A stretch of 63,667 nt of DNA from Paramecium tetraurelia (lineage: Eukaryota): NCBI GenBank assembly GCA_000165425.1, contig CT868518.1, positions 248,001-311,667 on the forward strand, written 5' to 3'. The stretch's first letter is position 1. Each line of letters opens with the position of its first letter. This document shows positions 1 through 13,361 of this stretch, in pieces. A model generated the notes under the pieces. The model was not told where the DNA came from, did no database searches, and was given only the letters and a program-made list of their open reading frames with translations. Position numbers and translations under genes: made by a program.

Positions 1-2
1 AC

Positions 3-1775
3 AACATCAAAACAACGTAAGAACAATGTGATGATGGGAACAATTTCAACGGAGATGGTTGTTCTTCCAATTGCTAAATTGAAGATGGTTTCTATTGTAT
101 TGATGGTCATTGTGATACTCTAATATAAGGTGAAATTCAAGTATCTTAATAATAGTTCAATTTTGATGCACCTTCTAAATAGTTTATTATTCAATTCAAA
201 AACTATGCGTTGAATTCAGATTCAGAAATTGTACCTATCATCTAATTTTTAAATTGCTAAATTAATTAATCCTTGATTGTGGTTAAATAGAATATCACAG
301 AAGAAATGTACTTTTAGCATAGGGTTATTGAAATAAACATCGAATTTGAGAATAATTGTATAAAAGATAAAATGGAGGTTAATATTGTTTAGAGATACAA
401 AAACAACAGCAAAAAAAATATCGTTTTATCTTTTCTCACTTTTCAAATATTTGACATTTTATTCATTGAATAATGGAAATAACTGTTTAATGAAATAATG
501 ATCTCCTTCAATTAGACCCTATTTTACATTTTTGGTTTTGTGTGTTTAGCAACATTTATAACTGGAACAATCGAAGTTGTTTATAATGCAATCGATCTAA
601 TCCAAATGTTTTCATATTTAAAATATATTAATGTAAATTTACCATCCAATTTATAAAACTATTTTGACCTATTTAAATTTGCTTAATTGCAGTACTTTTC
701 TAATTTCACAAAATAAGTGGCTCTGACATTTTTGACTCAAAAAGAATTAGAATAATATAATTTCTTGCCTGATAAAATTAAGAGGGATGGATATTACTCA
801 TATTGTCTGTTGAATTACCCGTTTTTATTTCTACTTTTTGTATTTGCCATACTCTTGTATCCTATGGCCAAATTGTTATTATCATAATTGCAAAGATTTT
901 AAGTAAGGATAAAGGAAGATGATGATGATTCAATCCTATTAAAATTAAAACTCATTTAATTGCATATTAAATTATATATTCAATAATCCTGCCAATACGT
1001 AATCAATAAATTATACTTCTCAGGCTTCATTTCAACTCATATGATATTAACCTATGACATTCTATTTGTCTCATTACTTAATCTATTCGATTTAAAGTTA
1101 CTATTTACAACTAACAATCCCTTTATTGCAATCAACGTGTATATAGCCATTCTTCTGACAACTATCCACTGCTTACTATTATTTATTTACTATTCTATGC
1201 TTGCCAAATAGACATATTTCCTAGAATAAAAAGACTACGTTCGAAAATGTGGCTCCCTCTTTGAAGGTCTAAAAATAAGTACAACTTCTTGTACTCACTT
1301 CTATAAACTGTTTACACTAATCAAAAAATCATTGTTTATGCTTCTGATAACTTTTTGCTCATCCTTCCCCTATTGTTAAAGCTTATCTATATCTTTTTTA
1401 AGTTTCATCCAAGTACTCTATTTGTTTAATTACAAACCAATCATTTCCCTCATAGAATATAGGAAACAATTAATTAGTGAATCTTGTGTATTAATATTAT
1501 CCCTACTCATAACTTTGATCATACTTATGCATGACACTCATCAAGATATGTTTTTCTACTAGGATATTATAGGGTGGTGTTCTATAATGATTATAACTTT
1601 ATTGTTACTCTTTTAAATAATATTGGATATCAGATAATAATTCCTACTATGTCAAAAACAGTTTATCCTATTTCACAATATATTAAAGTCAATCTAAACT
1701 AAGATATAAAAGGCTTTTGAGAATTTTAGTGCAACTCAAAGTAATGCGAATTCAAATGTGGTTCTATTTTACTGA
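3..1775 (+). CDS. 5'-truncated Cys-rich repeat (CDDGN) multipass membrane protein of a ciliate-expanded family
   Basis: Code-6 frame open to TGA 1773-1775. It starts with EQCDDGNNFNGDGCSSNCQIEDGFYC and has many hydrophobic segments in the C-terminal half. Confidence 0.8.
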
Positions 1776-1931
1776 AAATATCAGAAAATGATAATAATTC
1801 ATATTTATGTTTTTAATAACCCTAACTACAGGCATAACAAATACTATTGGAAATATGTATCCTCCTCATAGGATTCTTGTTATAAAATAACTAGCCTAAA
1901 GATATTAATAAAATAAATATATTTTTATAAT

Positions 1932-2297
1932 TCATTTTTTATTAGCATTCCAAGTTTTATTTGATTTCTTGAACTGCTGCATCATTTCTGCATCCTTCTA
2001 CTCGTACTCATTGACTTTGGTTTTGTATGCTCTTTATTATTTTTCCAATTCCATTCTCTCCTCCTCTGTGTATGGTTTGTCTCTAATATGTCTTATCCAT
2101 TCCTCCCATAATGGATCTACAAATGGTGCCATTTTGTCTGTTCTCTCACTCATCCTTCTAGTTGGTTTTCCATTTTAATCATAGTATTGATAGTAGAGGT
2201 TGCCATGTGGATCTGTTCCAACAAGTTGCCTACCTAGTTTTTGATCCTCATAAGTTCTTCGAAATTATTTAAGAGAGGTCACAATTTTACGAATCAT
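1932..2297 (-). CDS. Complex I NDUFA12/NDUFAF2 (B17.2/mimitin) family protein, 121 aa
   Basis: Motifs LVGTDPHGNLYYQY and DPLWGEWIRHIRDKPYTEE; ATG at 2297, TGA at 1932, frame intact. Confidence 0.8.
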
Positions 2298-2319
2298 ATA
2301 TATTATTTATTTTTATTAA

Positions 2320-2568
2320 TCAATAGGCTGCGTGCATTGATTGCTACATGTTGCTGAATTAAGTTAATTCTGATTTATCAACTTTAAGGAGAGTTTGAAT
2401 CCTTTTTTCAAAGACACTAACAGCCACAATAGAAGCAACAAAAATTGCGACATCCAAAAACTGCTTCTTCCTCTTCTCTCTTTCTGCTTTATTAGTAGGG
2501 TAGATTGACTTTTTAAGTTTTTCCCAAGTTGATCCGGAAGAGCCACCTCTTGGTTTTCCAAAATGCAT
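2320..2568 (-). CDS. Small single-pass membrane protein, 82 aa, function unknown
   Basis: The track ORF 2359-2568 extends through TAA (Gln) to TGA 2320. Basic N-terminus, then hydrophobic FLDVAIFVASIVAVSVF. Confidence 0.7.
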
Positions 2569-2607
2569 TTTTATATTTTTATTTATGGTATATTTTTTTT
2601 AATATAT

Positions 2608-3688
2608 ATGATCAGCAAATGCTATATAAATTGTGAGATCATTCTTGATTTCAATAGTCTGCTCTTTTCGATACTGAAAAAGCAAAATCCCGATCTAAAT
2701 TTAAGTAAATTAATCTATTTATCCCAATCCTAGGTTTGAACGATGTTTAAGAGAATCCCAAAAAGTACTTAGAAACCTAAGAATTGTTGCTGTAGAATTT
2801 AAGCATTTTAAAGCCATAGATAGGAGTCATCGAAACACGTAAGAATCAGATAAAATAGTTTTAGTGTAATTTCTGGAATCCTAACACATTTAACCAATCA
2901 TCTATTCTGAATTCGCATAATTGTTGCAATAGCACTTCCCCTACTTGAACTGGCAAGAATTTACAGATTCAGATTAAAATGCTATATTCATAGATCCAAG
3001 AATAGATTTTTGCGAATAGTTACTTAAAAAGAATCTAAATGTAGTTCTGTTCAAGAATCATAAATTAAAGGATAAAGATTATTGGAATCAATTATTATAA
3101 AATAAACCAATCCTTTTTGCAGAATCCTGGGAAACCTTCCCTTGGTAATCATTTAAATTGGTTACTTAACCGATTTTTTCAGCCGATCAATATAAAGTAA
3201 ATGAGAGTGAGAATGCTTCAACCAAGTACTGGAATACATTTATAAAATTGAATCCAATAGAATTCACAAGCAAGATAATTCATGGTAGAAACAGAGGCGG
3301 AACTATGTTAGGCATACCCACAGGTAATCATTCTTAATGAAAGTATTAGCAAATTTATAAATAAATGAGGAGATTTAATAACTAACCAAAAATCTATTGC
3401 CAGGGGTGTATGCAGGTATTACTTACCTTGAAAATAAGCAATATGGTGGAGTTTTGTCTATTGGATATAATCCATATTTTTTGGACACTCCCCAAACGAT
3501 TGAAGTTCATCTTTATGGAGAATTTTAAGAGGACTTCTATGGTGCCAATTTAAGATTGATAATTACACATTTCCTTAGGCCAGAATCCGATTTTAGAACA
3601 TTTGGTATTCCTTATAAATTAATCTATAGATCATCTGATTAAAGCAATTAGCAATGATAAGATAATAGCAAGGAAATTAGTGTGTTGA
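2608..3688 (+). CDS. RFK: Riboflavin kinase with an N-terminal extension (possibly a degenerate HAD domain); 2 tiny introns
   Basis: Motifs IHGRNRGGTMLGIPT|ANL, GVYAG, VLSIGYNPYF, IEVHL, DFYG, FLRPE; introns near 3324 and 3605. Confidence 0.9.
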
Positions 3689-3741
3689 TGATGTATTTTT
3701 ATGAAATTAAGTCTGAATATTAATTTTAATACATTATTATA

Positions 3742-5339
3742 ATGTACAAAGGACCTAATAATCTCAAAACTTATAAGGTGTCTGATTGTGAACCTCTTTT
3801 GAAGGATTTCTTTAATTCAGAGGATTGTTCGAATCTCTCCATAAGATAATGCGGTATTGCTATAAGACACAATTTATAATAATTGATTTCAATCATCTCA
3901 AAACTCTTAAGTGTTAGAAATATTGTGGCTGTTAAATAGAGATTGTATTGGTTAAATAAAATTACATCAATTGATATCACTGAATGCCTGATTTTAGGGA
4001 TCAAGTCATCTTCTTAGAAAATTGAATTGCTTAAATTTATTTTAAATAACTTGAAAGATAGAGATTTCCAATAAGTTGCAGCATATTATCATGATGATAT
4101 TGATTATACTACTTATATTGATTATGCAACTCTGTTGAAAGGTAATAATTATTTAGAGATTTTAAGATGGGAATATATTATTACAGATTTAGAGAAATGA
4201 GCAATAAAATAAATTCTTTGAAAAATTGCAATAGTAACTATAAAAATTTATCAACAAAGATATACAATTAGATGAATCATTGCTCATTGAATTGCTGCAT
4301 TTATTATAAATAAACATGGATACTGCCTAGGCTATTATTTCAAAATATGTTTGGATGAACATCTAGGATTATGACAAATTGGATTATTTTGTTAATTCTG
4401 CCATAAAACTATAGCAATTGCAATATGTCAGTGTCATCTAAAATTAAGTAGAATCTTAACTAAAGGATAAATAATTAATATATAGTATTGCAAAGGAAAT
4501 CCAAAGCAAAGATACTATCCATTAGTTTGTTTAAAAGTTCATGATTTCAAAATTAAATTAAAGTCAACTCTTCTAATAATACTAATTGTAAATGGCAGTT
4601 TCAAAATATATAATGACAAATCAGAAACCAAATGCATACTTTTAAACTTTAGATTTTATAGCTAGTATATAATACTTTAATGAGATCTTGGTGGTGTCCA
4701 ATTATTTTTGGAATAAAGGAGAAGTTTAGTAAAATATTGTTAGTCCTCTAAAAGATATTACACTCCCAATCACTAAATAAATAGAATAATAGTTCAAAAG
4801 TATTCCAGTTCAAACTCATAAAATATTTCAACTCTTTCAAATTGTTTTATAGGTTTAGTATAAAAATACCATTCTGTTTGTTACTTTACAAGAATTAGCA
4901 CTATTATAACAATTTTAGAAAGTTAATTAAGCTAAAATCAATAATATCGAATGGGCTTAGAGATTAATAACCATAGGGGTGTTTAAAAAAATTAATAGCA
5001 ATGAACTTTAAATATGTGAGGAGAATTTTAACTTATTGTAAAATTTTGAATTTGCTTAGAAACCTGAAGTGAAGAAGTAGGAGATTTTAATAGAGGAGTA
5101 TGAATAAAATAAAAAGCTTATGTATTATTTTGAGTTTATATTGTAGAATAGAGGCAGGGATCATGAAGATTATGAAATAGGAGAAAAAGATGTAGCAGTA
5201 GACTCTGTATGGAAAACTAGCTTAATTGATAAAGAGATCTGTAATTCTAACAGAGATTGAGTTGATAGAGTCAATAAAAGGACTTGTGAAAAGAGATTTG
5301 CTATGTTATGAAAATGATGTTGTATTTTATAGTATATGA
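3742..5339 (+). CDS. Divergent short cullin-family protein
   Basis: C-terminal RIEAGIMKIMKQEKKM...LIESIKGLVKRDLL resembles the cullin neddylation winged helix. ILVVSNYFW and LFVTLQELALLQQF resemble cullin-homology motifs. Confidence 0.7.
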
Positions 5340-5505
5340 GACTGGCCATTTGAATATATTTATTTTAATGGATATTATTCATTTATTATCAAAAGATAAT
5401 ATGATTGCTATGCATTATTTATAAGGAAATTAAAATTAAGAATTGAATTCGTAATGTAATAAATTAGAATGGATAATTGAATTAATAAAGTTTATTTTAA
5501 TTAAA

Positions 5506-7967
5506 ATGTTCAGAGCAACCGAAATACATCTTTATAAACTGTATGTTGAAAGAGAATAAGCTTTCCATCTCCTCACTAAAGTTGGGCAAATGAAAAATGT
5601 TAATTTAATCAATTGTTCAAGCAGTGCATTTCATGAACATGATTATTACAAATAATTAAAACGATGTGATGATATTTATAACAAAATTGGTGAGATCAAA
5701 CACCTTCTGCACTTATATAACAAATAAATCCATTACTGTCCTAACTATGAAGTATTCATTTCAAACATCAAAATTACTGACGATTAGGCCATAAAAATTG
5801 AATAAGAACTAACACACAAAGTCCAATTTATTTTGAATCAATAAGCAAATCTACAATCGATTATGGAATAAAGGAACAAATTAGGCGAAGAGATGTATAT
5901 ATAAGATTAAATTTAAGTGCAGTTTTACAACATTGCAAAGACTTCATATACAAATTTTCAGGAATCTAATTAGGGTATATAGTTGGATGTCTTAATACAA
6001 TTGACTCGCACAAGTTTAATCGAATAGTATTTAGAATTTCAAAGGAAAATGGAATTGTTAAATTTAAGAATTTAAATAATTAGAGAACTCTATTCACGTT
6101 GGTTTTTGCTTTGGGTAAACATGAGAATTTAAAAAATAAATTACTAAAGATATGCGAAGTAATTTCATACATAATCAATCTAGGCATTTAATGTATCCAT
6201 AATTTAGGTACCTGAAGAGAGCAAAGTAGAAAATAAAATCTTGGAATTAGAAAATGATATAGCCAATTTGGATATTGTCATCTCAACAACCAAATAAGAA
6301 ATAGACTAACAATTGGATTTCTTTTCAGATATTTAAGTGGAGAAAGTCTTAAATTTAGATGAAATCTATGATTATGGATATTGCTCCTATATTTGCGAAT
6401 TGAATATCATTTTAGATATAATAAGTGCAACTTATTATCATCTAACATTTTTTGAAGCTAAATCTCAATTTTTGATTGGACAAATATGGTGTGAATAAAG
6501 TGACATTGAAGAAATCAAATCATTTGGAGTTCAAGTTGAAATTATGTAGGACATTAATGAAAATATTTATGAACCACCAAGTCTAATGAAAACCAATGAT
6601 TTTACCTACATTTTCTAAGAATTAGTCAACACATATGGCATTCCAAGATTCGATGAAATAAATCCTGGACTTTTCACAGTAATTACTTTCCCATTTTTAT
6701 TTGGTATGATGTTTGGAGATATTGGACATGGAGTAAAATATTTTCTATATAAAGGTAGTATTAACACTCTTTGGTTTCTATTTATTAATCTTTGGTTAGA
6801 GAGTCCTTAAAAGAATCAAATTAGAAAATAGCAGTGACTATCTTGCATATGCAGACTTTTAGAGCTTATATCAATGTAGGTATCTCCTTACTTTGATGGG
6901 TCTTTTTGCTACATATTGTGGTTTTATTTATAATGATTTCTTTTCGATATCATTAGAGTATAAATTAGAAAAGTTCTAATTGGGTTTTGATGGTAAATGG
7001 AGTATGTCAGAATCCCACCTTACAGTAATGAATTCCTTCAAAATGAAAACTGCAATAATCGTTGGAGTAACTCAAATGGTCTTTGGAATCCTTCTGAAAG
7101 GTTGGAATTGTTTATATTAACGAAAATTTATTGACTTCATCTTTAACTTTTTACCTGAACTGGCTTTCATGCTCTCAACCTTTGGTTATATGTCATTTTT
7201 AATAATCCTTAAATGGCTGACTAACTACAATAATAATCAAGAACCACCCTCAATTATTACCACACTTCTTAATATGGTCTTTACTTTAGGAGGAATCAAA
7301 GGAACTGAGATGTATCCTCATTAAGTTTACTATTAATCTATATTGATAAGAGTTGCCATCTGTTCTCCAATAATCATGTTACTTAAACCTGAAGTCCTTA
7401 GAATAAAGAGAATGTTTTTTAATCAAAGAAATTAATAAATTGTTTATAATGAATTAATAGAATAAGAACATGGCTAAATAGAATAAATGAAGGAGGAGAA
7501 ACACTAACTTTTTGGCAAATTAGTAGAAAGTAGAGCTATTAAAGAAGAGAAGCATTTCGATTATTCAGAGGTTTATATTGAAAGCTTAATTGAATGCATA
7601 GAATTTGTATTGGGAGCTGTTTCTAATACAGCTTCATATTTGAGATTGTGGGCACTTAGTTTGGCACATTCTCAATTATCTGAAGTATTCCATATTATGA
7701 TATCTTTAGGTTTTCTTCAAAATGTCTTTGGAACCATAATTACAAACTGGATCGATTGTTGGAATTTGTTTAACTTTTACGATATATGCTTTGGCAACCT
7801 TTGGAGTTCTGATGTGCATGGATACTCTAGAATGCTTTCTACATTCATTACGCTTACACTGGGTTGAATTTTAAAGCAAATTTTATAAAGGAGATGGACA
7901 TAGTTTCTAAAGATTTAATTATCTTCAATTCTTAGATTAGAAGTTTTAATTTAGTACAAGAATGTGA
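5506..7967 (+). CDS. V-type ATPase V0 subunit a
   Basis: Motifs [70 protein letters not shown] (essential Arg present) and LRLHWVEF; several tiny introns. Confidence 0.97.
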
Positions 7968-8096
7968 GTGAAAATATATTTTTAAATACAATATACATCT
8001 CGTGCTATCGTTATTAAAGTGAAAAAAGGCAAAATTATATATGCTTATATATATATAAAAATCTGATAATATTTTTTGAATAAAATTTATAAATCA

Positions 8097-10113
8097 ATGC
8101 TCATAGAGTTTCAATGTTAAAAATAGACCCATTTGAATTAGGAAATAGTAGGATTTTGTCTTAATTCAGATTGCAAATAAACTCGATAATATTGTTATAA
8201 ATGTTTAAATGATTAATTACATTAAAATTGTAGGAATAATCTTCAGAACATTTATTAGATTGAAGAACTCATTTAAACTCATTTGACTTACTTAGAATAT
8301 CTTTGGAACAAATTGAATTAGAAATTCAAAATATTAGAAAAGGCTTGGATCAATTTCATGAATGATCTCCAAAAGAAATAAGAAAATATATTAAAAATAT
8401 GGGACATTTTAAAAAATCATAACTATTACTTACTAAAGAGCAATCTACCCTCAATAATCTAATTTTTTTTGTCTTTACATAGTAATAATAGCCAAAACAA
8501 ATTTTAAACAGGTATATAATAGAATATATTTTTTTAGGGTTGAAATTAGCAAAATCCTGTGACTTATTGAATGCTATTAAAATATTTGATGAAATTCTTA
8601 AAATAGATGAAAGATATACAGATTGCTATTATTAAAAAGGTGTTAAATAATAATATATTAGGTTTGGCCTTGATGAATCTAGATAAAAAAAACTTAGATT
8701 ATTTGTAAAAATCTGTTTATTGTTTTCAAAAAGCTATTGAAATTGATTAATTTCACTTTGATGCCTATAAAAATTAAGGTTATATTCAGTTATTTATATG
8801 TAGGGATCTGTCTTTTTTAATTGGAATAATATGATTAAGCATTAAAGTGTTTCGATTGTGCAATCAATTATGGACTTTATGACAAAGAGTGTTTGCTTTA
8901 CAAAGGTTACTTATATTTAAATTTTAGCTAAAGTTTTACAAATAAATGATCGAAATTTAGAGGCTTGCAAAATTTTCGACAAAATAATAGAGGAGGATAG
9001 TCGAGATGTAGAGTCTTACTTTTACAAAGGTGTCTTAATTATTCTTATATAGGTTGAGGTTTATCCTTATATCACTTAAAAGAGTATTAATAGGCATAAC
9101 AATATTTTGATAAAACTATTAACCTTGATCCAAAGTATTGTAAAGCATATCTCTGCTAGGGTAATTTCAATTTTAAACCTTAGGTGATTTATTGCTTGAC
9201 TTAGAAAAAGAAGATGAGGCTAGAAATTACTTTGATAAGGTAATTGAAATAGATCCTAAGAATTTATATGCATATTTAGGAAAAAGTAAATATAATTATT
9301 ACTTTGAGTCCTGACGTTTAAAAATTTCTAAAACAAAATGAAAACACTAAATGAAGCAATAGAAGCAGGGAATAAATCTAATAAATTATTGCTAATAAAA
9401 GGTATTATGATCTTAGCATTAGGGGACTTGTTACAGAATGAAAGAAATTATGATCAAGCTATTGAATAATATAATGAGTTGATAGGTAGTAAACTTTCTA
9501 CATAAGAATCCTGGATGCTTTATTATAATAAAGGAACGTATTTAACTTATTAACTTTAGGCTTTTGTTTATATAAAATGAAGAGATTTAAAGAAGCTTAT
9601 GAAGAATTGATTAAAGCAAGAGATATTGAATCTCAAAAAATTGAACTTTTAATTTATTTAGGTTGACTGTGTTAATAATAAATTAGGTTATTCATTATAA
9701 AGGTTGTCTAAACATTAAGAAGCAATAAAATATCTTGATGAGATATTAAAAAAAGGCGTCTAGAACGAATATATCTATTATAAAAAAGGTTGATTCTACT
9801 TATTACAATCATAGGAAAATCTCTACATCTACAAGGATACTATATTCAGGCTATATCGTGCTTTGATTAAGCCATAATGAAGTGTGAAAAGTTTGCAAAA
9901 GCTCACGAATTAAAAAGTAACACATTATAAATGATTTTGTATTAAATAGGTAAATCCTTAATCTGTTTGGGAAGAAAAACTGAGGGAAGCAGATATCTTG
10001 AAAAAGCAAATAAATTAACACAAGAATCTGTTAGAAAAAATACATCAGGTTCTTTATATTCGACATCTGAATCATATCAAATTGGTAGTATTCTAAAATA
10101 AAGAAAATATTGA
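8097..10113 (+). CDS. TPR-repeat protein with an N-terminal Cys/His domain; about 12 introns, some with anomalous splice sites (possibly decaying)
   Basis: Repeated exons of about 102 nt encode TPRs, e.g. KGDLLQNERNYDQAIEQYNE and KGFCLYKMKRFKEAYEE. Introns recur at the same phase-1 position after Lys. Confidence 0.8.
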
Positions 10114-10560
10114 GCCAAATTAAAATATTAATGATATTAATGTTATTCCCAATTCTTAAACCCCTTATCTTTTAGAATTGATATCTTTTCAAAATACAAA
10201 TTTTCAGAGATATTTTTATTGGAATTTTTCTTAGTTCTATGTTAGTTAGTTAGTTAGAGTATTTATTAAACTGAGAAAAAATATATCAAGATGATGAAAT
10301 GCATACTTTTAAGATATTTAATTATAGAGATAAGATATTTGTTGATGTTGAAAGTTAAAATTGTCTTTAAAAGGATACGACAAGACAAATTAAATATTCT
10401 TATATCAACTTATTAAGTTCTTGAAAAAAAATTAATAAAGGAATTTAAAATCTTTTATTCTCAAATTCAATGTTCAAATTGATTAAGAAAGCATCTTTCG
10501 ATTTCATATCATAATTATATAATAATTATTATATCAATAAGAATTAATTGATTAAATATA

Positions 10561-11014
10561 ATGTAAGGACTTCTAAAGACAGCAGCTGAAGAAATGCTTT
10601 CTAAAGCCATTCGAACCTATACTTTTAATGATTTGATTGTTATTGGCCGACATCCATACAAAAGTTTACCTGAAATGTTAGCATAATACCCAAATAATGG
10701 AGTAGGATTTAAAGTATGGAGAAAGACTTGGCCAGAAAATAAATTTATAATTATTACTGAAGCACATTTCAAAGTAAGAGATTTATTTTACCGGATTTAA
10801 GGGATTGAGAAATGGCAAATTTTTTGGTATCTAATATTACAATGGCAGACCACTTACACCATAGCCAATAAAAATTAGAAATTGTAGTAAGAGAGGAACT
10901 TGGAAATATGATACAAATAATACATCGGGAGTATCTACAAATGGTGTCTACTTTAGTGCAGATGATTTGAAAGAGTATTCAAAATTACATCAAAATAGAG
11001 AGCAAAAAGAGTGA
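10561..11014 (+). CDS. Mitochondrial ribosomal protein mS34-like
   Basis: KSLPEMLAQYPNNGVGFKVWRKTWPENKFIIITE..GKFFGIQYYNG matches the mS34 pattern; one intron near 10774. Confidence 0.75.
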
Positions 11015-11070
11015 TATTATATTTGTTACATAATATTAATGAATAATATATATCCATATGTAAATTTTTA

Positions 11071-12605
11071 TCAGTAAAGAAATTGATAGATGAATTTCAT
11101 TTCAAATCACTAGCTCTTCTTGAGTGTGTTCTTGTTGTAGCATTCTTATTTCCTTTTGTATCTAGAGTTATTACAGAATATTTTGGCATTATAGTAGTGA
11201 TCATGCTTTTTATAGGAGAAATGCCAACAATTCTGCTTGTATTTGTTGAATTAAAATGTTTTGTCGAAATAATAGGAATTCTCTCACTCCGATGACCATG
11301 ATTAGCTATTTTCCTTAATATCTCTCTTCTTGTGTTCTATTATTAAGTCTAAATAATACATTTAAACGTTCCTTCAACATTTCAGGTCTCAATTTTTGGA
11401 GGCCTCGATAAGTGGCTGGACATAGCATTTCTTACTTTGCTAATTTACTTAGATCTTATGATACATTGACACCTTTGTCAATTTGAACATGACAATTATA
11501 GCAAACATTAAATTCCATTTCTAGAAATCCTGGATTACCCAATAATTCTTTATATTATGAATATTTTAATTTAGGAAAGATCTTTCTGATAAAAGTTGGT
11601 ATCAAATAATTTTAATTAACTTATCTCAATTCTATATCTTATCTTACATCTAATTTTTCAGCCATAGTTTTTTTTCTGAGTAATACTTCTTATTTCTTTG
11701 TTACAAATAATTTATCATTATCGCCCATATGATCGAATTTCCAACTCTCAATAATATTTTTTATCTATGTCTTCAATAAATCATTTCTATGAAATAAAGT
11801 ATCACACATCTCACAATGACAGTCTTTCATTATATTCTTATGTTATTTGAGTACTAACTTTTCTTAATCAATAAATTAAGGAAGACTAAGAGATTTCATT
11901 TACACTTATTCCTAGGTAGACCATTTCATAAGAACACAATTAGTAAGCCAAATCTAACCAGAGTTATCTATTTTGATTTCCAATGTCATTCTAATAATTT
12001 TAGATTTCCACTTCATTAAATCATTACCATGAGTAGCAATTGCTCCACTAAAATGCTCTAATCTCTCTGTCAAAGATTTACTATTAATCTATTAAGCCAG
12101 TGTTCCATCTCTTTCATGAGTTAATGCTCTTTGATAAATATCGACTGTTTTATCAGATAGCATGAATTTGCTCTCAAACTTTTCAAATAGTGATTAATTC
12201 TAACACCATTAAATTAATATTGTGAAATTATAGTTCCCCTTTGGATAAACGAACCTTTAAAGAATGCCATCTTTTTAGCCTTCATGCTAAAAGAATTTAC
12301 TTAAACTCTCCTTGTTAAAAATTTGTAATTCTGATTTGGTTCTCCAAATAGCCACTATTTCTTGATTTAATTCTAAAAAGTATTAACTAATGTAATTATC
12401 ATCCAATTTGATTCTTGATTTCATTCTCACCTGAGCTTTCTTACTGAAAAACCATTATTTAGGAATTGAATTCTCGTAAAATATTGTGTCTGGAACATTC
12501 GCAGATAAGACTAAATACATTTAAATTCTTACAATAATCTCCAATTGGATTCTGCAAATGCAAGAAAGACAACAAATTGATTATTGGCTATTCATGAATT
12601 TCCAT
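11071..12605 (-). CDS. Conserved hypothetical protein (about 500 aa) with CxxC motifs
   Basis: Open code-6 frame with GILQRFVYPKG, QRALTHE, IKIDNSGQIWL and the Cys pairs CEMC and CYNC. Confidence 0.7.
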
Positions 12606-12875
12606 TTAATTTTAATAATATATATAATTATTATAATTGAATAAATTTCTTACTAAATACATTACTATTTACGCTATTTAATTAATTCAGAAATCCAAAA
12701 AAAATAAAAACAATATATAAAAATAGCATTATGCATAATTACAATTTCGAACATTAAGTTCTTTAAGATTGTTCCCTAAATTTTGATTTTAATATCAACT
12801 AATCAAGTGATTTGACCATGCAATCAAAGCATCAAACCTTTTCTTCGAATAAAATTCAAATATGAATAGAAAATT

Positions 12876-13361
12876 TCATAATCCTCTACTCCTTTCTGAT
12901 CTTAAATTCTGTTTATTTAGTTGAGTCATCTTCTACTGAGGCTCTGTTGTGATGATTTATAATTATTTGTCTAATATTAATATTTTTTGGATTTCAGAAT
13001 TCCATATTTAATTTAATACTTTTTAATTAGATTATCCAAAGAAGGAGACAAGGATGTATAATATTTAATCAGAGAATGAATTTAAGAACATTTGATGATC
13101 TGTTAATGACTTTTGATATTTATAAATTATGAATAATGGTAATGTACATATCTAATAATGTCATAATAATAGAGAATGCACTAGAGAGTCTGATTTTAGT
13201 TTCTGCAAATTATTTGGAAGTTAGGATATCCTTGAGTATTTGGCTTTTGGTTTTCTCAATTTCTTAAAGCTTTCTTAATCGAGATACTAAACAATCTCAA
13301 TGTTTCCATCCAAAAGTAGTTTTGGGAAATAGGAATTGTTTATATTAAAGTGGGCTTCCAT
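12876..13361 (-). CDS. Hypothetical protein (weak model)
   Basis: The frame from ATG 13361 stays open only if a 30-nt GT..AG segment containing a TGA is spliced out; no recognisable motif. Confidence 0.3.
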
